Assembly (NCBI GenBank): GCA_046538795.1
Contig: JBKHIF010000029.1
Location: 1-16,180 of the forward strand
DNA from: Candidatus Woesearchaeota archaeon
Lineage (GTDB): Archaea > Nanobdellota > Nanobdellia > Woesearchaeales > CAZJJJ01
Length of the DNA stretch: 16,180 nucleotides
Reading direction: 5' to 3'
This document shows positions 9,297 to 16,081 of this stretch, piece by piece. A program made the position numbers and the translations under genes. Position 1 is the stretch's first letter, and the number at the start of each line of letters is the position of its first letter. The notes beneath the pieces were generated by a model. The model worked only from the letters and a program-made list of their open reading frames with translations, did not search any database and was not told where the DNA came from.

Positions 9297-9854
9297 TTAC
9301 TCTTTCTCAAGCATATACCGGTCACTAAGACCAGAAAAGACAAATTTTCCCGGAGTATATTCAGACATAATCTTTTCTATGTCTTCTTCCAGAGTCCAGC
9401 CATTCTCTCCAAAAGAATATCTTCCAATAAGCCTGAAGCAATCGTCTTCCATAAGGTAATGCGCAGTCCTGTGCTTGTCATCAGTCAGGACACAACCCTT
9501 ATCTGCCAATGATTTCACAAGCACGCCATAAAGCTCTGGATCATCAAACTGAACGCCAGGACTTTTAATCACTATAAGATCATGCGGCCTTTCAGGCTCA
9601 TATTCAGATATATCTCCAACCCAATAATCAAGCCCCACAAACTTGTCGACAAGATCACTTATGGCTTTTTTATTTACATCAATATGTTTGACATTGTGCA
9701 TGCTTTCTGCAAGAACAGGATCAGATCCGCAGCAAGGATAAAGCGGTCTTGAAAAAGGACCAAAATCAATATCTGCCTTTGGATATAACAATGATTCTAA
9801 AACTCTCTCGTGAAATAATTTGTTCTTCATCCTTTCAACAAGTTGTTTATCCAT
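9297..9854 (-). CDS. Putative class I SAM-dependent methyltransferase-like protein
   Basis: Motif I-like LYPCCGSD, acidic residue at the end of beta2 (HIDVN), GDISEY, DLIVIKSP and a later LADKGCVL, in Rossmann-fold methyltransferase order. Confidence 0.55.
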   Translation of the reverse strand: MDKQLVERMKNKLFHERVLESLLYPKADIDFGPFSRPLYPCCGSDPVLAESMHNVKHIDVNKKAISDLVDKFVGLDYWVGDISEYEPERPHDLIVIKSPGVQFDDPELYGVLVKSLADKGCVLTDDKHRTAHYLMEDDCFRLIGRYSFGENGWTLEEDIEKIMSEYTPGKFVFSGLSDRYMLEKE

Positions 9855-9876
9855 GAAAAACGATAAATTTTGAGAA

Positions 9877-9884
9877 TATATAAA
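9877..9884 (-). promoter_or_regulatory. Putative TATA box (TTTATATA) with upstream A-rich BRE-like element
   Basis: The minus strand reads caaaaaTTTATATA, 23-30 nt upstream of the ATG at 9854. Confidence 0.6.
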
Positions 9885-9924
9885 TTTTTGGTTGTTATTT
9901 ACTTCAAGGTAGTTAACTAAAAAA

Positions 9925-10188
9925 TTATCCGCCGCTCGAATGAGTGCTGTGAGAAGCGTGGTGATTATGCTGGACTGATATCATGCCTGCTCCAGAATCA
10001 TAAGATGGAGCATTCATGTTGTTAGTATGAGAAAATGCGCCATCAACATCTTTTACTGAAGCAATCATTCCGGAAAGCATGAATGCACCTAATGCAACCG
10101 CGCTTTGCTTCATGATCTTTCCATCCTCCTGGCTTAAAAAATCAGATACTTTTTTTCTAAACTCAGGAAAACATGCCTTTTTCTCCAT
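9925..10188 (-). CDS. His-Xaa-Ser repeat protein (HxsA/HxsA2-like putative RiPP precursor)
   Basis: 87 aa. Basic N-terminus with FLSQEDG, a hydrophobic segment (AVALGAFMLSGMIASV), and a C-terminal HNH-HAS-HST-HSS-GG triplet repeat typical of His-Xaa-Ser system precursors. It has its own TATA box. Confidence 0.75.
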   Translation of the reverse strand: MEKKACFPEFRKKVSDFLSQEDGKIMKQSAVALGAFMLSGMIASVKDVDGAFSHTNNMNAPSYDSGAGMISVQHNHHASHSTHSSGG

Positions 10189-10210
10189 GAAAATATTAAT
10201 AACTAATTCC

Positions 10211-10218
10211 TATATAAA
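10211..10218 (-). promoter_or_regulatory. Putative TATA box (TTTATATA) for the His-Xaa-Ser peptide gene
   Basis: Consensus TATA 23-30 nt upstream of the ATG at 10188. Confidence 0.65.
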
Positions 10219-10274
10219 TCTAATCAATCAAGATAGCAGGCAGACAACAAAGAATCAATACCCATAATACAGAA

Positions 10275-10880
10275 TCATTCAATGATTCTGTTTTCTGAAA
10301 CTGTGCATAAATAAGCAAAATCAATATCAGAATCTCCATGTGGAAGCTCAATTAAGATTCTGAAAGGCTTTTTAGTCCCATTACCAATCTCAAGACTTTC
10401 ATGATATGTATTTGATAGGCCTCTGAGAATTATTGTCACATTAAACCTGCAATACAGAGGCAAATCATTATTGTTATCAAAAGTTCCAATCAGATTAAAT
10501 ATATCTGATCTGTCAAAAAATGTTTCTTGCATTTCCTGTGTTTCTTCATAAGTTGCAGATTCAAAACTCTCCAGTTCAATAACTGAGTTGATCTTTGTAT
10601 CGGTAATGATCTTATCAATCGGCTTTATCTCTTTCTGATAGTTCCTTAATCTGCCATCATCAGACTTATTATTGGGATTATTGCCATAATTATTGTCAGA
10701 ATTACCAGCTGAATCATAATTAGAATCTCCAGTATCAGAACCAAAGACCTTTCCTGAAAGGATGTTGTCTTTTATAGAATCAAGAGAAAGATTGTTAAAG
10801 AATACTTTCCCATAGGAAAAAATAAGAAAAAAAAGTATCAAAACAAATACGATTTTGGAAATATCAAGTTTTCTTGCCAT
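10275..10880 (-). CDS. Hypothetical protein with N-terminal membrane anchor
   Basis: N-terminal hydrophobic helix (IVFVLILFFLIFSY), an Asn/Asp-rich linker, and a beta-rich C-terminal domain with two Cys. Confidence 0.65.
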   Translation of the reverse strand: MARKLDISKIVFVLILFFLIFSYGKVFFNNLSLDSIKDNILSGKVFGSDTGDSNYDSAGNSDNNYGNNPNNKSDDGRLRNYQKEIKPIDKIITDTKINSVIELESFESATYEETQEMQETFFDRSDIFNLIGTFDNNNDLPLYCRFNVTIILRGLSNTYHESLEIGNGTKKPFRILIELPHGDSDIDFAYLCTVSENRIIE

Positions 10881-10937
10881 ATATCAAATAAGAATAAAGT
10901 TCTGGTTTTTAATCATTTCTACAACCTAATCCAAAGA

Positions 10938-10945
10938 TTTTAATA
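10938..10945 (+). promoter_or_regulatory. Putative TATA box (TTTTAATA) for the HIT gene pair
   Basis: 24-31 nt upstream of the ATG at 10969, preceded by purine-rich caaaga. Confidence 0.5.
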
Positions 10946-10968
10946 ATAAACAGATTAATCAAGAATAC

Positions 10969-11700
10969 ATGGTGACTGAAGAAGAGCTAAAGAACATGTC
11001 TCCAGAAGAGATCGCAAAACTTCAGAGAGATAACTGCATATTCTGCAGGATCATATCAGGAGAGATAACTGCAAAGGTAGTTTACAGAGATGATATGTGC
11101 ACTGCTTTTCTGGACATAAATCCCGCTTCTTTCGGCCACATGCTCCTTGTTCCAAACAATCATTACCAAATAATGCCTCAGATGTCTGAACAAGAGCTTG
11201 CGCATCTTGGAAGAGTCGCAAAGCACTTATCACATGCTGCAATAAAATCATTAAGATCTAAAGGGATAGATTCAACAACAATTTTTATCGCAAACGGAGC
11301 TATTGCAGGACAAAAAGCATCCCACGTCATAATACATATAATTCCACGAAAAGAAGGAGATGGAGTTGACAAGCTTTCCCCAAAAAGAAATGCTCTTTCA
11401 GAAGAGAATATAAAACAGGTGTCGCAGGCACTTATCTCAAGAATCAATTCAGTTTTCAATATAAACATGAAAGTGCAAGAATCAAGATCAAATAAGGACG
11501 AGCAAAAAAAACCTGAAGAAAAAGAACAGGAACACAAAAAGGAAGATAGAGACAAAAACCCTGAAAAAGATAATGGTTCAAAAGACGATAAGCAAGCAGA
11601 CGAAAAGGAAAATCCTTACGAAAAAGAAGAAGACAATGAAAAAAGCAAAGATGACTCAAGAGCAGACCTTGACAAGATATCAAGATTATTCGGTGCATAA
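10969..11700 (+). CDS. HIT (histidine triad) family protein with degenerate triad and long charged C-terminal tail
   Basis: Hint-like motifs CIFCRII, VVYRDD, AFLDINP, GHMLLVPNNH and NGAIAGQ. The triad reads HVIIHIIPR rather than HxHxHIIPR. Confidence 0.85.
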   Translation: MVTEEELKNMSPEEIAKLQRDNCIFCRIISGEITAKVVYRDDMCTAFLDINPASFGHMLLVPNNHYQIMPQMSEQELAHLGRVAKHLSHAAIKSLRSKGIDSTTIFIANGAIAGQKASHVIIHIIPRKEGDGVDKLSPKRNALSEENIKQVSQALISRINSVFNINMKVQESRSNKDEQKKPEEKEQEHKKEDRDKNPEKDNGSKDDKQADEKENPYEKEEDNEKSKDDSRADLDKISRLFGA

Positions 11701-11702
11701 AG

Positions 11703-12242
11703 ATGACTGATTGCGAATACTGCAAGATTGCTGAAAAAGAAAAGACCTTAGGCATAGTATATGAAGATGAATTATGCACAGCTTTTGTAGATGACAAACC
11801 TGCTATGCCAGGCCAGGTAACACTTATACCTAAAAGACACTATCCGATAATTGAGACTGTTCCTGATGAGACGATAGAACACATGTTCAATATCGCAAAC
11901 AAGCTTTCAACGATACTTTTTGAAGTCATAGGAGCTAAAGGGACAAACATACTTATACAAAATGGGCCTTCAGCAGGCCAGGACGTAGCAGCGCATGTTT
12001 CTATCAATATAATACCAAGACAGGATAATGATAACCTGGATCTTCAATGGGATATGAGCCAGGCATCAGAAGATGATCTTTCAACCGCAGAACTTATGCT
12101 TAAAGAAGAGACAAAAAAAATAGTAGATGGTAAAGAAAAAGAACCTCCAAAGCCTCAGGAAATAAACACTGAAGGAGAAAATATAGAGACTAAAGACGGA
12201 GAAAAAGATTACATGATCGAACAGCTCAACAGGACACCATGA
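11703..12242 (+). CDS. Second HIT family protein with degenerate triad
   Basis: Motifs CEYCKI, VYEDE, AFVDDKP, GQVTLIPKRH and NGPSAGQ. The triad reads HVSINIIPR. It starts 2 nt after the stop of the first HIT gene. Confidence 0.85.
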   Translation: MTDCEYCKIAEKEKTLGIVYEDELCTAFVDDKPAMPGQVTLIPKRHYPIIETVPDETIEHMFNIANKLSTILFEVIGAKGTNILIQNGPSAGQDVAAHVSINIIPRQDNDNLDLQWDMSQASEDDLSTAELMLKEETKKIVDGKEKEPPKPQEINTEGENIETKDGEKDYMIEQLNRTP

Positions 12243-12254
12243 ATATTACAATAT

Positions 12255-13151
12255 CTATAATATCATTCCCACAACAAAATTTCCCCAGATACAAGTCACG
12301 ATAAATGCCACAAAAAAACTCGGGATGAATGGGATTCCTGTTTTTATCAATATTTTCTGTACCTTGTCCTGTTTGTAGAATTCTTTGAGTTTTCGTATGT
12401 GTTTTTCTTCAACACCAAGTGTTCTTGGGCCGCAAATGAACTTACCATCAATAACAATGTCCTTTACTATCCAGTCTCCTTCTGTAAGCTCTTTTGGAAG
12501 GACTTTTTTGTACATGCAGGATTCCTCAACAGCCTTTATAGAGACCCACGCAAAATATGTAAGCAATATGAAAATACCCGCAACAGCAAGAACTATTCTT
12601 ATGAAAATAATCTGGACTGCAAAAGCTGCGACCAGACATATTGTAGAAATTGCATAGATTATGTGTCTGATTCGTGTCATGAGTTTTCCTGAAAGCTTTT
12701 TCTTCATGGTCTTTGCAAATTCTTTCCTATGGATCATGCCTACTATGATACTCCAAAAAATCGCATATATCGCACCCACTATAAGAAGGTTTATCCAAAA
12801 TGCAATCAGGAATGGAAATCCTGCAAAAAAAGGATTAAACCAATCATTAAGAAAAGCAGGGAATGTGGCCATAAGAGCTCCCATGGCAATCAAAAGTTTT
12901 GAATCTCCGCCTCCCCACTGTCCTGTATAAAACATCAGATAAGCAAGTCCGAACAATATTCCAAAACCTAAAAGGCCCCAGAGGAAATAAAGCCATTCTC
13001 CTGTTACAACTGAATGAAGAAATCTTAGTCCAAGCCCTGCAAAAACCATGCCATAACTTATCCAGTCAGGAACCTCTCTTCTTTGTATGTCTGTTATCGA
13101 ACCGACAAGAAGACCAATAAAAGTTACACCGAATATTGCAAAATCAATCAT
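12255..13151 (-). CDS. Prepilin/prearchaellin peptidase, A24 family (PibD/FlaK/EppA-like)
   Basis: Polytopic membrane protein with both catalytic Asp motifs (SITDIQRREVPD and WGGGDSKLL), a C-terminal LTEGDWI insert and GIPFIPSF. The ATG at 13151 (MIDFAIFG) is preferred over 13166 on TATA spacing. Confidence 0.9.
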   Translation of the reverse strand: MIDFAIFGVTFIGLLVGSITDIQRREVPDWISYGMVFAGLGLRFLHSVVTGEWLYFLWGLLGFGILFGLAYLMFYTGQWGGGDSKLLIAMGALMATFPAFLNDWFNPFFAGFPFLIAFWINLLIVGAIYAIFWSIIVGMIHRKEFAKTMKKKLSGKLMTRIRHIIYAISTICLVAAFAVQIIFIRIVLAVAGIFILLTYFAWVSIKAVEESCMYKKVLPKELTEGDWIVKDIVIDGKFICGPRTLGVEEKHIRKLKEFYKQDKVQKILIKTGIPFIPSFFVAFIVTCIWGNFVVGMIL

Positions 13152-13176
13152 AACAATCAAAAGCATAGCTAATAAT

Positions 13177-13186
13177 ATTTATAAAT
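13177..13186. promoter_or_regulatory. Palindromic TATA box ATTTATAAAT, candidate bidirectional promoter
   Basis: Perfect 10-bp palindrome between divergent ATGs at 13151 (-) and 13208 (+). Its centre is about 30 and 27 nt from them, respectively. Confidence 0.6.
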
Positions 13187-13207
13187 TTCGTTAAATTACT
13201 AAAAAAC

Positions 13208-13924
13208 ATGCTTGAACGCTTCAGGATATTCAAACCGGCAATACCAAGAGAAAAAAAAGAAAATACAAAACATCTTGCAGTAAGCCTTGCTTCCACAGGT
13301 TTTCTTAAAGAAAAAGAAAAAGCGTCTGAATCATTCAGGAAAAGAGAACATTTCATAAAAGAGCTCATTGATTATCAGCTAAGAAAAAATATAACCATAC
13401 TCACAATCTATATCTTAAGAAAAAAACCAACAGACATATCAGATGAAGAAAAGATAATAAGGCATGAAAATGTTGAAGCCATAGCGCGTCTTTTTGAAAA
13501 TCTTTCATCAGATAAAATGATAACTGAAAATAACATAAGAATATTTGTTCTTGGAAAATGGTATGATCTTTCGGGAAAGACAGTCAATTCCATAAAAGAT
13601 TCTCTTGAAAAGACAGAAGACTACGACAGGCATTTCCTCAATTTCTGCATAAATTATGACGGCAATGATGAGATTACTGATTCTGCAAAGATACTTGCAA
13701 GAAAAGTAAAATTTGAAAAGATAAATGTTGATGACATAACATCTGAAAGTATAAAGGAAAACCTCTATTCATCATATTTCATCCCTCCTGAGAAGATGAT
13801 AATTGCTTCAAGAGAACAAAAGATTGATTCATTTCTGCTCTGGGATACTGCTCATGCAGAGATAATATTCCTTGACAGGAACTGGGATGAGATAAGTATA
13901 AGAGATATCGAAAAGATTGATTAG
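13208..13924 (+). CDS. cis-prenyltransferase (UppS/isoprenyl transferase) fold protein, catalytically degenerate
   Basis: Keeps the ITILTIY, NIRIFVLG, LNFCINYDGNDEI and PEKMIIASREQKIDSFLLWDTAHAEIIF...W regions of UppS. Region I (HIAIIMDGN) reads HLAVSLAST. Confidence 0.8.
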   Translation: MLERFRIFKPAIPREKKENTKHLAVSLASTGFLKEKEKASESFRKREHFIKELIDYQLRKNITILTIYILRKKPTDISDEEKIIRHENVEAIARLFENLSSDKMITENNIRIFVLGKWYDLSGKTVNSIKDSLEKTEDYDRHFLNFCINYDGNDEITDSAKILARKVKFEKINVDDITSESIKENLYSSYFIPPEKMIIASREQKIDSFLLWDTAHAEIIFLDRNWDEISIRDIEKID

Positions 13925-13941
13925 AAATACAGACAATTAGA

Positions 13942-13949
13942 TTTATATA
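13942..13949 (+). promoter_or_regulatory. Putative TATA box (TTTATATA) for the repeat-protein gene
   Basis: Consensus TATA 23-30 nt upstream of the ATG at 13972. Confidence 0.65.
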
Positions 13950-13971
13950 GGGATGCTTAATTTTTCTTCTG

Positions 13972-15318
13972 ATGATATCAAGAGACTCATTAGATAATCT
14001 TGTAAAAGAAATTTTTCCAGATGACATCATATCTGAATTTTCAATAGACTGGATACTAGGTCACTCTGAAGCAACAGAAGAATCCATGAAAGAAATCTAT
14101 GATTTTCTAAAAGAAAACGGAGCAAGTGATAAGAAAATTGCATCACAAGCCTATGTTCTTGGATCTGATCCAGAAGATATTAGGACAAAATACAATCAAC
14201 TGCTGAAACTTGGATTGAATAAAAAGAAAATTGCGTCACAGGCACATCTTCTTACAAGAGATTTTAGTATTATTAGACGAAATTATCAGGAATTATTGTC
14301 ATTAAAACTGACTAAAGAAAAGATAGTTTCACAACCTCAATTGCTTGCGATGAATCCTAATACAATAAAATTCAATCATCAATATTTATCATCGCTTGGC
14401 ATAAGCAATGAAAGGATATCAGCAAACATACAGCTTTTGTCCATGAATCACGAAACAATAGAAAATAATTATAACAGATTGATAAATCTCGGATTAAAGG
14501 AAAACAGAATAGCATCACAACCAAATCTTCTGGGAAAAAATCAGTATTCTGTTGAAAGAAATCACAGGTATCTTATTGATCTTGGACTAAAAAAAGAAAA
14601 AATTTCAGTTCACCCTCATCTACTTGCAATGAATAAGGATACTCTTGATAGAAATTATGAACATCTGCTCAAGATGGGTTTAAGAAAAGAATCTCTTTTA
14701 ACACACCCTAATCTGCTTACAATAGATCCGGCAACAATTGAAGAGAAATGCAAAAGACTTCTTGACATGGGACTAAAAAAAGAAAGCATATTATCACAGC
14801 CGCAGATTCTCGGGATGAGAACTGAAACTTTAGAGAGAAATTATGAATTTCTTTGCAATTTAGGCATAAAGAAAGAAAAACTGCAAAGATCAGTTGCCAT
14901 GCTTGCAAGAAATCCACAAACTATCAAAAAGAATTATCAAAATCATATAGGACTTCTAAGAAAAACACATGATGACAGAGAATCAGGCCGCGAGATTTTA
15001 CTTAACCAGCCGCAGCTTCTAAGCATTCCTAAAGAAACTATGGACGCAAACGTGCAGTATATGTCTCATCTTGGAATTGAGTACAGGAATCCATTGCTTC
15101 TTGGAACAAATCCCAAGCTCAAGAGAAAAAAGATGGCCTGGATGCTAAGAGAATTGTATGATTACAGAGACCTTGATAAAGAGCAAAAAAGAGAAGCGAT
15201 TAATGGATTGTATGAACTTGTAAGAAAAAAACCTCAAATTCTCAAAAGATCGATAAATTATATGGAACAAAATATTGATAAGTTGAAAAAATATAAAGAA
15301 AAAAGCTCTAATACCTAA
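13972..15318 (+). CDS. Helical tandem-repeat protein, mTERF-like (putative nucleic-acid-binding solenoid)
   Basis: Nine consecutive 31-aa repeats with consensus Y-x-x-L-x-x-L-G-L-x-K-E-K-I-x-S-Q-P-x-L-L-x-x-x-x-x-T-I-x-x-N, plus 2-3 degenerate ones. Lys/Arg-rich, with no signal peptide. Confidence 0.75.
   Translation: MISRDSLDNLVKEIFPDDIISEFSIDWILGHSEATEESMKEIYDFLKENGASDKKIASQAYVLGSDPEDIRTKYNQLLKLGLNKKKIASQAHLLTRDFSIIRRNYQELLSLKLTKEKIVSQPQLLAMNPNTIKFNHQYLSSLGISNERISANIQLLSMNHETIENNYNRLINLGLKENRIASQPNLLGKNQYSVERNHRYLIDLGLKKEKISVHPHLLAMNKDTLDRNYEHLLKMGLRKESLLTHPNLLTIDPATIEEKCKRLLDMGLKKESILSQPQILGMRTETLERNYEFLCNLGIKKEKLQRSVAMLARNPQTIKKNYQNHIGLLRKTHDDRESGREILLNQPQLLSIPKETMDANVQYMSHLGIEYRNPLLLGTNPKLKRKKMAWMLRELYDYRDLDKEQKREAINGLYELVRKKPQILKRSINYMEQNIDKLKKYKEKSSNT
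14098..14934 (+). repeat. Array of 9 x 93-bp (31-aa) diverged coding repeats
   Basis: Units begin YDFL, YNQL, YQEL, HQYL, YNRL, HRYL, YEHL, CKRL and YEFL at exact 31-residue spacing, starting at residue 43. Confidence 0.9.
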
Positions 15319-15679
15319 GTTCTTTAAATTCAACCTTTCCGGATTCAACCAGTTGTTTTATCCTCTTTTGCTTTTCACTCAGTTTTGAACTTCCTGTTTT
15401 TATCTCAATTATCGCAATCTTTTCATCTTCAAAAGAAATGCCGTCAATAGGATCTCCTATAAACTTGAACCTCTCTTTTGTGTAAGGGAAATCTTTCAAA
15501 AATGGAACAAATTCTTCCCATGCCTTGCCATGCCTTACTTCGGTTGATTTTTTTGATGAACCAATATCTTTTAGTTTCTGCCTCAAAGAAAAGTTGCTCT
15601 TTATGAGATATATTATTAAAAATATCAAAAAAAAAAGCAGGATTGTCATATAGAGAATTATCTTTGCTTCAGTTTCCAT
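15308..15679 (-). CDS. Holliday junction resolvase-like PD-(D/E)XK endonuclease with N-terminal TM helix (Endonuc_Holl-like)
   Basis: SSKKSTEVRHGKAWEEFVPF ... FKFIGDPIDGISF ... IIEIKTGSSKLSEKQKRIKQLVESGKV. The ATG at 15679 fits the TATA at 15702-15709 better than the TTG at 15691. Confidence 0.85.
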   Translation of the reverse strand: METEAKIILYMTILLFFLIFLIIYLIKSNFSLRQKLKDIGSSKKSTEVRHGKAWEEFVPFLKDFPYTKERFKFIGDPIDGISFEDEKIAIIEIKTGSSKLSEKQKRIKQLVESGKVEFKELRY

Positions 15680-15701
15680 GATAATAAACAAATCAAAATA
15701 T

Positions 15702-15709
15702 TATATAAA
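15702..15709 (-). promoter_or_regulatory. Putative TATA box (TTTATATA) for the nuclease gene
   Basis: 23-30 nt upstream of the ATG at 15679. Confidence 0.55.
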
Positions 15710-15730
15710 TATATTCTAATAAATATAATC

Positions 15731-16081
15731 TCAAGAATTACCTGAAATTCCATTAATGTATTCAATAATTGCAGAATTAAACTTCTCTTGTGACGCCAAT
15801 GCTTTTTTCTCCAGATCACGAGCATAAATAGAATCTATCCCTATATCACATTCTGCACATAATGAATTTTCTATTTCATATATCCTAAGTTTAGAATTAT
15901 CATTATATATAGAACCTATTTTTACCATGAAATCAATACCACTGAACTTCATCTCATGATATGAAAAAACCATCATGCGAGGAGATTCCCTGAATGGATG
16001 ATTCCCTGAAAAACCAAGGTGTTGTTCCCAAAGTTCCATTATCTTTTCTGCAATTTCAATATCAAGTTCATTTAGTTTCAT
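15731..16081 (-). CDS. Hypothetical protein (116 aa)
   Basis: Open frame with an SD-like GAGGT 5 nt upstream of the ATG (minus strand tgaggtaaaatATG) and a TATA-like box near 16159-16167. No recognised motif. Confidence 0.6.
   Translation of the reverse strand: MKLNELDIEIAEKIMELWEQHLGFSGNHPFRESPRMMVFSYHEMKFSGIDFMVKIGSIYNDNSKLRIYEIENSLCAECDIGIDSIYARDLEKKALASQEKFNSAIIEYINGISGNS

Noticed and set aside
9925..10188. Calling the 87-aa ORF a bona fide Flp pilin
   Set aside because: It lacks the +5 Glu-Tyr Flp motif after the Gly and has Lys residues there. The His-Xaa-Ser tail fits HxsA-like precursors better.
11051..13593. Antisense ORFs over the HIT, peptidase and cis-PT genes (for example 11178..11555, 11456..11797, 12385..12657, 13144..13368)
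   Set aside because: They overlap better-supported genes, and their composition reflects the reverse complement of K/E-rich or hydrophobic coding sequence.
13208..13924. Assigning the gene symbol uppS
   Set aside because: The catalytic Asp and the substrate-binding Arg residues are missing, so function cannot be transferred.
15627..15636. A10 homopolymer (T10 on the coding strand) as a phase-variation tract
   Set aside because: It is explained by Leu/Phe codons in the TM helix of an AT-rich gene, and the frame is intact. Read data would be needed to show slippage.
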